A DNA stretch of 63,828 nucleotides, the filler included, from Octopus bimaculoides (Eukaryota): NCBI RefSeq assembly GCF_001194135.2. It is 7 parts of 7 records of this genome, joined end to end, with 100 filler letters (N's around TTAATTAATTAA, not from the genome) between each part and the next. Parts side by side here need not be neighbours in the genome. Positions count along the whole stretch, not along the records: positions 5,754 to 17,258 come from NC_069007.1; positions 17,359 to 42,146 come from NC_068995.1; 5 more parts are not named here. One strand, given 5' to 3'. How positions within the stretch are numbered: position 1 is the first letter of the stretch; every line of letters begins with the position of its first letter. Below are positions 12,929 to 22,951 of this stretch, piece after piece. The notes under the pieces were generated by a model that was not told the origin of the DNA, did not search any database, and saw nothing but the letters and a program-made list of their open reading frames with translations. The translations under genes were made by a program, and so were the position numbers.

Positions 12929-15639
12929 NNNNNNNNNNNNNNNNNNNNNNNNNNNNNNNNNNNNNNNNNNNNNNNNNNNNNNNNNNNNNNNNNNNNNNNN
13001 NNNNNNNNNNNNNNNNNNNNNNNNNNNNNNNNNNNNNNNNNNNNNNNNNNNNNNNNNNNNNNNNNNNNNNNNNNNNNNNNNNNNNNNNNNNNNNNNNNNN
13101 NNNNNNNNNNNNNNNNNNNNNNNNNNNNNNNNNNNNNNNNNNNNNNNNNNNNNNNNNNNNNNNNNNNNNNNNNNNNNNNNNNNNNNNNNNNNNNNNNNNN
13201 NNNNNNNNNNNNNNNNNNNNNNNNNNNNNNNNNNNNNNNNNNNNNNNNNNNNNNNNNNNNNNNNNNNNNNNNNNNNNNNNNNNNNNNNNNNNNNNNNNNN
13301 NNNNNNNNNNNNNNNNNNNNNNNNNNNNNNNNNNNNNNNNNNNNNNNNNNNNNNNNNNNNNNNNNNNNNNNNNNNNNNNNNNNNNNNNNNNNNNNNNNNN
13401 NNNNNNNNNNNNNNNNNNNNNNNNNNNNNNNNNNNNNNNNNNNNNNNNNNNNNNNNNNNNNNNNNNNNNNNNNNNNNNNNNNNNNNNNNNNNNNNNNNNN
13501 NNNNNNNNNNNNNNNNNNNNNNNNNNNNNNNNNNNNNNNNNNNNNNNNNNNNNNTATATATATATACATATATACGACGGGCTTCTTTCAGTTACCGTCT
13601 ACCAAATCCACTCACAAGGCTTTGGTCGGCCCGAGGCTATAGTAGAAGACACTTGCCCAAGTTGTCACGCAGTGGGACTGAACCCGGAACCATGTGGTTG
13701 GTAAGCAAGGTACTTACCTCACAGCCACTCCTACGCCTATATATAAAATATTTATGTATTGTATTTATTGTTTCCATTTACAAATGGTAATAATTCATAA
13801 ACATTATGTCTAGAATTCCATATGAAATGTTATACATGTAATGAATACAGAAAGATATTGTTTAAAATATGATTCTTTGGATAATGGAGTGAGTTGGCAT
13901 TAAGTTTAAAATTCTTGAAATTCTTCAAGCACTACAATTGGCATTTACCTTAGTATGAAACCATAAAATCGAGTACCAACACATAAGAATTATATCACAA
14001 TAGAATTCTTGTGTTCTTCCTTTCTTTTTAGTTAAACTTGATGCCAGTCACATTTCCTGTTATTAAAGACCAACATTTTAGAGGTATAAAAAAAAATTAA
14101 ATAAAAAAAAAGTGACAATAAAAATGAAGAAATCCTAAGAAACTACTAGAATTTTTCTATTTTGAAATACAATGGTATTTGATCTTCGGTTAGTTCTTAA
14201 CATTTTCCCAAAAATCAAGTTGAATTTTCTTTTAATGGAATGGTGCTCATATATCTAGGGCAGCATTTCCTTGATCTGTCTAAAGATATTGAAACAGACG
14301 AACACAGAATCTAAAGAGTTCTCTGATGGTAAAATAGCAAAGATGCAGCTGTTTACTGCTTCTTGAATCACCGCCATTTTTTTGACTTTTTTCTTTGTTT
14401 TTTTTTTGTTTGTTTATTTGTTGTTGTTAGTACAGTGTCTGCCAGATATTCATCAGAATATTCTTCGTATGTAACATGAAGCAGGGCAGGTGTCACTCAT
14501 TCCTACATAACAATACCCACAGGTGTGAAATGTCATTCATAATGCGCATTGATCTAAGTGGAAGTGTGGTACTCATATTTATGCTTCTCTGTTCCCCCCC
14601 CCCCCCGCTGATACTTTATGGAAAGGTCATTATTACCAACATCACTTAACCTCCATCAACTTATGCTGGAATGGGTTGGACAGTTCAACAAGGTCTGACA
14701 AGATGGAGGATTGAGTCGAGCTCCAATGTTTACTCTGGTATGATTTCTACTGCAGGACATCCTCTCTGATGCTAACCACTTTGTAGAGTATACAGAATGT
14801 TTTAAGTAAAGGCAAAGTGACCATCTCAAGTCTTACTGGCTCACAACGGCTGGTTTCATGGCTTATGTATTCCCCACCTAGACAGGATGCCAGTCAGTCA
14901 TAGGATTACTCATTTTTGACAACCGATGTCGGTGTGCTTACGTCCCCGTAACTTAGCGGTTCAGCAAAAAGAGACCGATAGAATAAATACTAGGCTTACA
15001 AAGAATGAGTCTTGAGGTTGATTTGTTCTACTAAAGGCAATGCTCCAGCATGGCCACAAATAAAAGAATATATATATTTATATAAGGGTGAGTGGAAGTA
15101 GCTCAAAAGAAAGACAAGGTGTATCTTTCAAAATGATTCTTGTGTCTAACATTAAACAGGTGTTGTTCATTCATACAGCAGCACCTGCAATTGTGGACTA
15201 CTGTTCACAGTAACAGTGATGACGCCAAAGGTCTGTGGAGGCACGTGGCTTAGTGATCAGGGTACTGGACTCATGATCGTGAGATTGTGGTTTCAATTCC
15301 CGAACTGGGCAATGCATTGTGTTCTTGAGTAAAACACTTCATTTCACGTTGCTCCAGTCCACTCAGCTGGCAAAAGTAATCCTGCAACAGACCAGTGTCC
15401 TGTCCAATGAGGTATTTATGTGCCATGGAAACTGTGGCAATGGCCCTGTGAGTCTGTATAACTTTGGAAGGATCTTTATCTTCTTTAATCTATCAGCCAA
15501 AGGTCGAGTTCCCATATTTCTACATATCTGTTCTTCCTCTACAAAAACTCAAGGGAGAGGCATGGTTTGCATGCATGAGATGTACCTTCATTTTTTTTTT
15601 GTTTGTTTTGATGTGGAATAATGGATGTAGAGTAGTGGA

Positions 15640-15810
15640 GAATGCTAGAAAGAACAGGAATAAAAATGGTTTGGTCAATCAGTGGTGTATTGCTGAGAGA
15701 GAGAGGAAGATAAACAATGAATTGCAGAAAATGGTGGGGATAGAGCTTTTGATGAATGTTGTGAAAAGAAATGGGATGATATGGTTGAGTCATGTTCTGA
15801 AAGTGGTGGC
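15640..15810 (+). mobile_element. Decayed RTE-like fragment
   Basis: INNELQKMVGIELLMNVVKRNGMIWLSHVLK resembles NEELR..G+E.+..V+KR.RLRWFGHV.R. Confidence 0.45.
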
Positions 15811-16004
15811 GGTGGGAATGAGGACAAGGGGGTGTAGTGGTTGAGGTAAAATGGAGTAAACTTTCATGGAGGGTCAACAAAACTAACCCTTGTTTTAGTA
15901 AGGATAATGGATAGACTTAGATTTTTGTGTCTTCTATCTAACATTGTTGATATTTGAAATGAGGAACATATATATATGCATATTCCTTACTGCTACTGAT
16001 AGCT

Positions 16005-16760
16005 GCTGCTGCTGCTACTACTACTACTACTACTACTACTACTATTACCACTACTGCTGCTGCTATTCCTCCTCCTCCTCTTCTTCCTCCTCTTCTTCCT
16101 CCTCCTCCTCCACTTCTTCCTCCTCTTCTTCCTCCTCCTCTTCTTCCTCCTCCTCCTCCTCTTCTTCCTCCTCTTCTTCCACTTCTTCCTCCTCCTTGTC
16201 CTCCTCTTCCTCTTCCTCCTCTTCCTCTTCCTCCTCCTCCTCTTCCTCTTCTTCCGCTTCTTCCTCCTCTTNNNNNNNNNNNNNNNNNNNNNNNNNNNNN
16301 NNNNNNNNNNNNNNNNNNNNNNNNNNNNNNNNNNNNNNNNNNNNNNNNNNNNNNNNNNNNNNNNNNNNNNNNNNNNNNNNNNNNNNNNNNNNNNNNNNNN
16401 NNNNNNNNNNNNNNNNNNNNNNNNNNNNNNNNNNNNNNNNNNNNNNNNNNNNNNNNNNNNNNNNNNNNNNNNNNNNNNNTTCCTCCTCCTCTTCTTCCTC
16501 CTCTTCTTCCTCCTCCTTCTCTTCTACCTCCTCTTCTTCCTCCTCTTCTTCCTCCTCCTCCTCTTCTACCTCCTCTTCTTCCACTTCTTCCTCCTCCTCT
16601 TCCTCCTCTTCTTCCTCCTCCTCTTCCTCTTCTATTTCCCCTGCAACTACTGCTATTACTGTTGCTTCCCCTTCACTTCCTCCCCTCCTACAATTATTAC
16701 TACTATTCCTCCTGCTACTACTCTTATCCCTGCTGCCACTGTTCCTCCTCATTCTCCTCC
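16005..16760. repeat. (CTA)n/(CTG)n then long (TCC/TTC)n polypyrimidine tract spanning a gap
   Basis: Direct reading of the sequence. Similar (GAA/GAG)n at 45187-45309 and (CT)n at 48480-48925. Confidence 0.95.
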
Positions 16761-17006
16761 TCCTCCTACTACCATTACTGGCTGCTGAGAAAACCCCCCT
16801 TGTCAAACCACCGACCTTTGTTTCATTCACTACTGACTCCATAATGTGTTTATTAAACATATCGATAAAACTATAACTTCTTTGTGTTCACCTGTTTATT
16901 CCGACCAAATAAACTCCATCTCTTACCCGTTTTATTTACACTTTGATCCACCCTCCCAAACAGCATTAGATTCTCAATATTTCCATACCAATAATAATAA
17001 TAATAA

Positions 17007-17258
17007 TTGGTATAAAAGATGGGTTACAGCAAATATTCTGCTTAATACCACAGATTTGCTTGTCAGTTGTTTGACCTTAACCAGTTGAGCATGTCCCTTG
17101 GTGATTGACGATATGTGCATCTCTGATCATGAGCAGAAGTAGTGGGGGAGCATCATAGCCATGTGTTGAGAGGAATTCTTTGGGGTTTGAATAATTCACC
17201 TTTGGAAACATGGGTGTTTTGCTCAACATCCTTAAACAAACCTTATTCAGGGACCTTT
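17007..17258 (+). mobile_element. Family D retroposon, 5'-truncated, cut by assembly join
   Basis: Starts at TTGGTATAAAAGATGGG directly after (TAA)n 16990-17006. Confidence 0.8.
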
Positions 17259-18065
17259 NNNNNNNNNNNNNNNNNNNNNNNNNNNNNNNNNNNNNNNNNN
17301 NNTTAATTAATTAANNNNNNNNNNNNNNNNNNNNNNNNNNNNNNNNNNNNNNNNNNNNAATTTTTTTTTTTTTTCAAATGCTTGAAATCCTTTTAAAAAA
17401 TAAAAAAATATTTAAAAATAATTACGAATTCATAACAAAGTTAATAATTGTTAGCCAGGAATCACTCGAGATTAAACTAAAAGCTAATGCTTTAGATTTA
17501 CAATGTAAAAGGAGTGGGTGGTGGGGGGAAAAGATTAATAATAATAATAATAATAATAATAATGGTAAAAATATATTAAATGCATATAAGTACAATGTAA
17601 TGGACTGGAAGAGAAAAAAATATTTCAAATCTTAAAATTGAAAAATAAATAACATTGATTAGCTTGGATAATCGACAGAGACTTCTCCAAGAAAAAATAT
17701 ATATTATGTATTATTAAAACTATCACTAGTGCCTGGCAGAATGTTATATTTTATGTAAATGAAACCAAGAGATGAATATACGTGGTTCATCAACTTATCA
17801 AAATTCAGCAAATGGATTCTCAGTTTCACTAAGATTATAACAGATAAAATATCTTACTTTATTAATATGGGGTGGGGGTAAAACCACCAGAAAAACAAAA
17901 TTTGGGTAGATTACTGTTTTAGGTTATGTTACCAAGTTTCTAAAGCATCAGTTATTATTTTAGCAATGTGCTGGGTGACCACATCACATGACGAAAGCAC
18001 CTAGTTAACAATGAATGGTATAAATATGCTTTTATAATAACAATAATAATAATAATATTTTATTT

Positions 18066-18239
18066 TTATAGATAATATTAGGACTGCTATGACTCCTCTA
18101 GAAGGAATATGTAAATAAATAAAGAAGAGTTCCATAATTAAATTTGTTGAACGATATTTCAGTATCTTCAATGGGTTCAAAATTTGATATGTCAGTCTAC
18201 TTCATTTTTTTTTTATAGCAGTCCTAATATTATCTATAA
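18066..18239. mobile_element. Putative MITE with 25-bp perfect terminal inverted repeats
   Basis: TTATAGATAATATTAGGACTGCTAT (18066-18090) and its exact reverse complement (18215-18239) enclose 124 nt of non-coding sequence. Confidence 0.6.
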
Positions 18240-18258
18240 TAATAATAATAATAATAAT

Positions 18259-19645
18259 CCTTTCTATTATAGGCACAAGGTCTGAAATTTTGTGGCGAGG
18301 GGGAAGTTAATTAAGTCAACTCCAGTATTCAATTGGTACTTATTTCATCAACCCAGATGAAAGGCAAAGTTGAGAACTCACAACATAAAGACAAATGAAA
18401 TGCTGCTAAGCATTTTGTGTGGTGTGCCAATGATTCTGCCGGTTCAGCACCTTAATAATAACAAAAATAAGTATAACAAACCTTTCTACTGTAGGCACAA
18501 GGCCTGAAATTTTGGGGCAAGGGATAAGTCAATTACATGAACCCAGTGTTTAACTAGTACAACTTACTGCCTTAATAATAATAATAATAATCTTTTCTAC
18601 TACAGGTACAAGGCCTGAAAGTTGGAGCGGGGAGGGTAGTCGATTACATTAACCCAGTGCCTGACTGGTACTTAATTTATCGACTACAAAAAGATGTAAG
18701 GCAAAGTCGACCTTAGTGGAATTTGAACTCAGAATGTAAAGATAGACGAAATGCCAAGAAGCATTTTGCCCAGTGTGCTATCGATTCTGCTAGAATGGTA
18801 CTTAATACACATGGCCACAATACCCAAACTGTTACCTAAGAGGCTGAAGGATACTGGATTTAAGATTGGCATTGTTGATCTGCAGAAAGTGCCATCCTGT
18901 AGTCTCCAAGATAGCATGTAATAGTAATAATAAATGTTTTCTAATTTTGGCACAAGGCTAACAATCTCAAGTGGGGTGAGTTAGTCTTTTACACTGACCC
19001 CATTGCTCAACTGGTACTTTTTTTTTTTATCAAATCAGAAAGGAAGAAAGGCAAGGTCATCCTTGGCAACTTTTGAACTCAAAAGTGTAAAGAACTGGAA
19101 GAAATGCTTGCTAAGCTTTTTGTCCAATGTGCTAATGATTCAATAATTGCTTCAAATGTAAACACAAGGCCAGAAATTTGGTAGAGAAAGGCAACTCAAT
19201 TACACCAATCCCACTATTTCACTAATACTATATATTTTAATGACCCCCTGGAGGGATGATATAAAACTTGACCTAGACAGAATTTGAACTCAGAACATAA
19301 AGAACCATAAGAAAAACCCCTTTCTAACATAGGCACAAAGTCCCAGCTTTTTTACATGGAAGAGGGTGGAAGGGTGTTGAGTAAGGTTGCTGATTAAATA
19401 TACCTAATTTCTCGATTGGTACTATAACAATATTAATAATAATTTTCTAATACAGGCAAAAGACCTCAGATTTTGGAGGGGGAAGATATTTAGTTAAGTC
19501 AATACCAATATTTGACTGGTACTTTATTTTATTAATCCCAGGGGGGTGAAAGGTAAAACTGACCTTCATAGGATTTGAAATCAGAACACAAGATGAAACA
19601 AACACTGCAAGGCATTTCATTCAGTGCTATAATGATTCAGCCAAT
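18259..19645 (-). mobile_element. Head-to-tail run of seven SINE family C copies or fragments
   Basis: Repeated tail CTTTCTA..GGCACAAGG at about 18259, 18481, 18592, 18935, 19150, 19318 and 19443, mostly separated by (AAT)n; all the same orientation. Confidence 0.8.
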
Positions 19646-19974
19646 TCAATAATCGTAATACTCCTATACTATATAATAACATCTTCATATTAACATAATG
19701 ATAATATAGGGATGTCAGATAAATTTGCATGTTTCTTTCCAATGTTATTTGAATTAACATGAAAAATACTTTTATTGTATTATATTTTGGTTTATTTGTA
19801 GCTCTATTCTTCTCTACAACTTTTGTTTATCGTTCTTTTTTTTTCAATTTGAATAAATTGTGCTTCTTTTCAGACGAATGACAACAGAATGCTAAGATGA
19901 AAAACAATGAGCATTCTTGACATCTGCTTCTCTTTGTATTTACTCATGGTTCCAATACTGTCAAAGCTGCTTAA

Positions 19975-20183
19975 CCCTTTGGCATTTAAACCGGCCATAT
20001 CTGGCCCAAATTTTCTACTTATCTTATGACCAAATTGGCCAGATTCACATCTACCTTAAAATATCATTCTAAAAATATACAATCACATCATTGAAATCTC
20101 AAAGCTACAAGATAACTGATTAATTCAAAACAATGTGAATAAATAACCTTTTCTTTCAACAGAATAACGTGAATGCTAAAGGG
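19975..20183. mobile_element. piggyBac-like MITE inserted in the mariner transposase
   Basis: TTAA on both sides (19971-19974, 20184-20187), TIR CCCTTTGGCATT/CCCTTTAGCATT. Removing it restores the mariner sequence (..VKAA*DICAVY..). Confidence 0.85.
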
Positions 20184-20784
20184 TTAAGACATTTGTGCTG
20201 TGTATGGATGGAGAAAGTGCTTTTACTGAAAGAACTGCACAGAAATGGTTTTCACACTTCAAGGATAGAGAAATTCAAACTCACAGACTCTTCTCATTCT
20301 AGTCGACCTGATCATTTCAATGAAGATCAAATGAATGAGCTCATCTATGAGGATCTGCACCAATCCAATTGGGAATTGGACTAGCAGATGAGATACTCAC
20401 ATGATACAGTTGACAGTCAGCTCCACTTGATGAGCAAGATCTAACAAGGCAATCTAGTTGAAAAGACCTGACTGGCAACACAGCATGCTTCTTTAATATG
20501 ACACCCCCTCACCCCTACATTGCTAATTTAACCAGAAATTCTGATCAAGAACTCTGTTGTGAAGTTCTATTGTGCCCGTTGTATACTAATATAGCACCTT
20601 TAGATTATCACCTTTTTTGGTCAATCTCTGACAGTCTGTGAGGTCTTGCGTTCAAAATGATGTGGAACTGAAACTGTAGCTCTGCAAATTCTTCAAGTCA
20701 AGACCAGGTGATTTCTAACCTCAAGGCATTGACAAGCTGGTGAAACACTGGCACAAAGTCATGAACAATGAAGGAGAAAATATT

Positions 20785-20996
20785 GATTTCAAATTTTAGT
20801 ATAAGGCCAGTAAATTCAGGGAAGTGGGTAAGTTGATTACATCAATCCCAGTACTCAACTGGTAGATATTTTATTTGCCCTGAAAGGATGAAATGTGAAG
20901 TCGACCGTGGCAAAATTTGAACTCAGAATGTAGACGGATGAAATGCTGCTAACGATTCTGCTCAGCGTGCTAACGATTCTGCCAGCTTGCAGCCTT
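20785..20996 (-). mobile_element. SINE family C inserted in the mariner, with target-site duplication
   Basis: AATGAAGGAGAA at 20767-20778 and 20997-21008 flanks the copy. Confidence 0.8.
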
Positions 20997-21252
20997 AATG
21001 AAGGAGAATATATTATTGACTGATTTGTTAAAACTGTTAATGAAAAATAAGGATTAAAATAATCAGTAAAAGAAAAATTAACAAACTTATCTGATAACCC
21101 AATACAACAATAATATATTTATAGCATTCATTGTTACTAATTACTCATTATAATCAATTGTAATAATTTCATCTTCTTTGAAATGTTTATTTCTGATCTT
21201 TGACTTCAACAACCCAAAACAATACTCATAACCTAAATCACATAATAATAAT

Positions 21253-21287
<35 letters not shown>

Positions 21288-21288
<1 letters not shown>

Positions 21289-21504
21289 CCTTTCTACTAA
21301 AGGCACAAGGCCTGAAATTTAGAGGGAGGGGGATAGTCGATTACATTGACCCCAATGTTTCATTGGTGCTTATTTTATCGACCTTGAAAGGATGAAAGGC
21401 AAAGTCGACCATGGCAGAATTTGAACTCAGAATGTAAAAACAAACAAAATGCTGCTAAGCACTTTGCCCAACATGCTAATGATTCTGCCAAGATTGCCGC
21501 CTTA

Positions 21505-21535
<31 letters not shown>

Positions 21536-21770
21536 TAATAATTTCTGTTTTAGGTACAAAGCCAGCAATTCTGATGGGAAGGAGAGCAGTTGATACCACT
21601 GACCCTAGTGGTTGACTGGTACTTATTTTATCGAACCTGGAGGGATGAATGGCAAAGATGACCCCCACCCCACCCCCCAGTAGAATTGGAGCTTCAGAAC
21701 ATAAAGAACCAGAAGAAATACTGCAAAGCATTTTTCCTCTACTCTAACAATTCTGCCAATCTACCGCCCT
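21288..21770 (-). mobile_element. Two tandem SINE family C copies (21288-21503, 21545-21770)
   Basis: B-box-like GAGTTCAAATT, central GTCGACTTTGCCTTTCATCCTTTC..GGTCGATAAA, (TTA)n tails. Confidence 0.85.
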
Positions 21771-22621
21771 TTATAATAATAATGATAATAATGATGATAA
21801 TAATAATAATAATAATAATAATGCTTTAACAAGTTGCAATAATATGCTAACATTGCATGGATGGAGAAGACACAAGAAAAAAATAATAATAATAATAATA
21901 ATAACATTTTAGTTCTATCTCATCACAGACATCACAAGGAAAAAAAAAAAAAAAAAACTTAAGCAATTCACAGCAGTTTTTTTTGGCATTTTTTTTTTAC
22001 CCTATGAAATGGATTTCATTTTTTGCTTGTTTGTTTTTACACTTATTTGTATTAAGAAGCATTATTTAAAATTTACTTTGCTATTTTACGTTCTTGTAAT
22101 ACTGTAGCTGTCGTTGTGTCAAGAGTATACTACGGCTTTCTTCTTTTTCTTTTTACTAATGTGGGTGACATTTTGTTTGTTTTTTTGTTTGTTCGGGTTT
22201 TTTTTTTTTGGTCTCGTGTATTTCTTTTTTCATTTATTTATATTTTTCTTTGAGATATATCATGANNNNNNNNNNNNNNNNNNNNNNNNNNNNNNNNNNN
22301 NNNNNNNNNNNNNNNNNNNNNNNNNNNNNNNNNNNNNNNNNNNNNNNNNNNNNNNNNNNNNNNNNNNNNNNNNNNNNNNNNNNNNNNNNNNNNNNNNNNN
22401 NNNNNNNNNNNNNNNNNNNNNNNNNNNNNNNNNNNNNNNNNNNNNNNNNNNNNNNNNNNNNNNNNNNNNNNNNNNNNNNNNNNNNNNNNNNNNNNNNNNN
22501 NNNNNNNNNNNNNNNNNNNNNNNNNNNNNNNNNNCATGTTTCCAATGAGCTAGTCTTTTTTTTTTTTAATAATAATATTATCATTATAATAATGTAAGAA
22601 ATAATAATAATGATAATAATG

Positions 22622-22682
<61 letters not shown>

Positions 22683-22686
22683 TAAT

Positions 22687-22901
22687 TCTTTCTACTAAAG
22701 GCACAAGGCCTGAAATTTTGGGGGGAGAGGACCAGTCGATTACATCGACCCCAGTGTTTCACTGGTGCTTAATTTATCGACCCCGAAAGGATGAAAGGCA
22801 AAGTCGACCTCAGCGGAATTTGAACTCAGAACGTAAAGACAGACAAAATGCCACAAAGCATTTTGACTGGCAAGCTAACGATTCTGCCAGCTCACCACCT
22901 T
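22687..22901 (-). mobile_element. SINE family C, 50 bp downstream of the polyQ ORF stop
   Basis: Full head AAGGTGGTGAGCTGGCAGAATCG to tail plus long (TTA)n. Other copies: 10775-10981 (-); 31419-31655, 36997-37205 and 60471-60790 (+); 3' end only at 7110-7178 (+). Confidence 0.85.
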
Positions 22902-22951
22902 AGTAATAATAATAATAATAGTAGTAGTAGTAGTAGTAGAAGTAATCTTCT

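Larger units (their letters stand above)
19707..21102 (+). mobile_element. Decayed mariner (Tc1/mariner) DNA transposon with internal deletion and two nested insertions
   Basis: TIRs match 19/24 including flanking TA (19705-19728 vs 21081-21104). Broken transposase: MKNNEH..HLLLFVF..AA, DICAVY..ERTAQKWFSHFK, SSHSSRPDHFNEDQ..LIYED, then HP..IAPLDYHLF..GIDKLVKHWHKVMNNEGE. Most of the DD34D region is missing; there are stops and frameshifts. Confidence 0.9.

Noticed and set aside
14259-14366. Possible plus-strand exon (GSISLICLKILKQTNTESKEFSDGKIAKMQLFTAS*) and an antisense 40-codon ORF starting AAAATGGCG
   Set aside because: Weak acceptor, no recognisable homology, no nearby polyA signal; insufficient support.
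15944-16876. PolyS / polyE ORFs on both strands
   Set aside because: Pure (TCC/TTC)n microsatellite spanning a gap; no unique coding flank or splice support.
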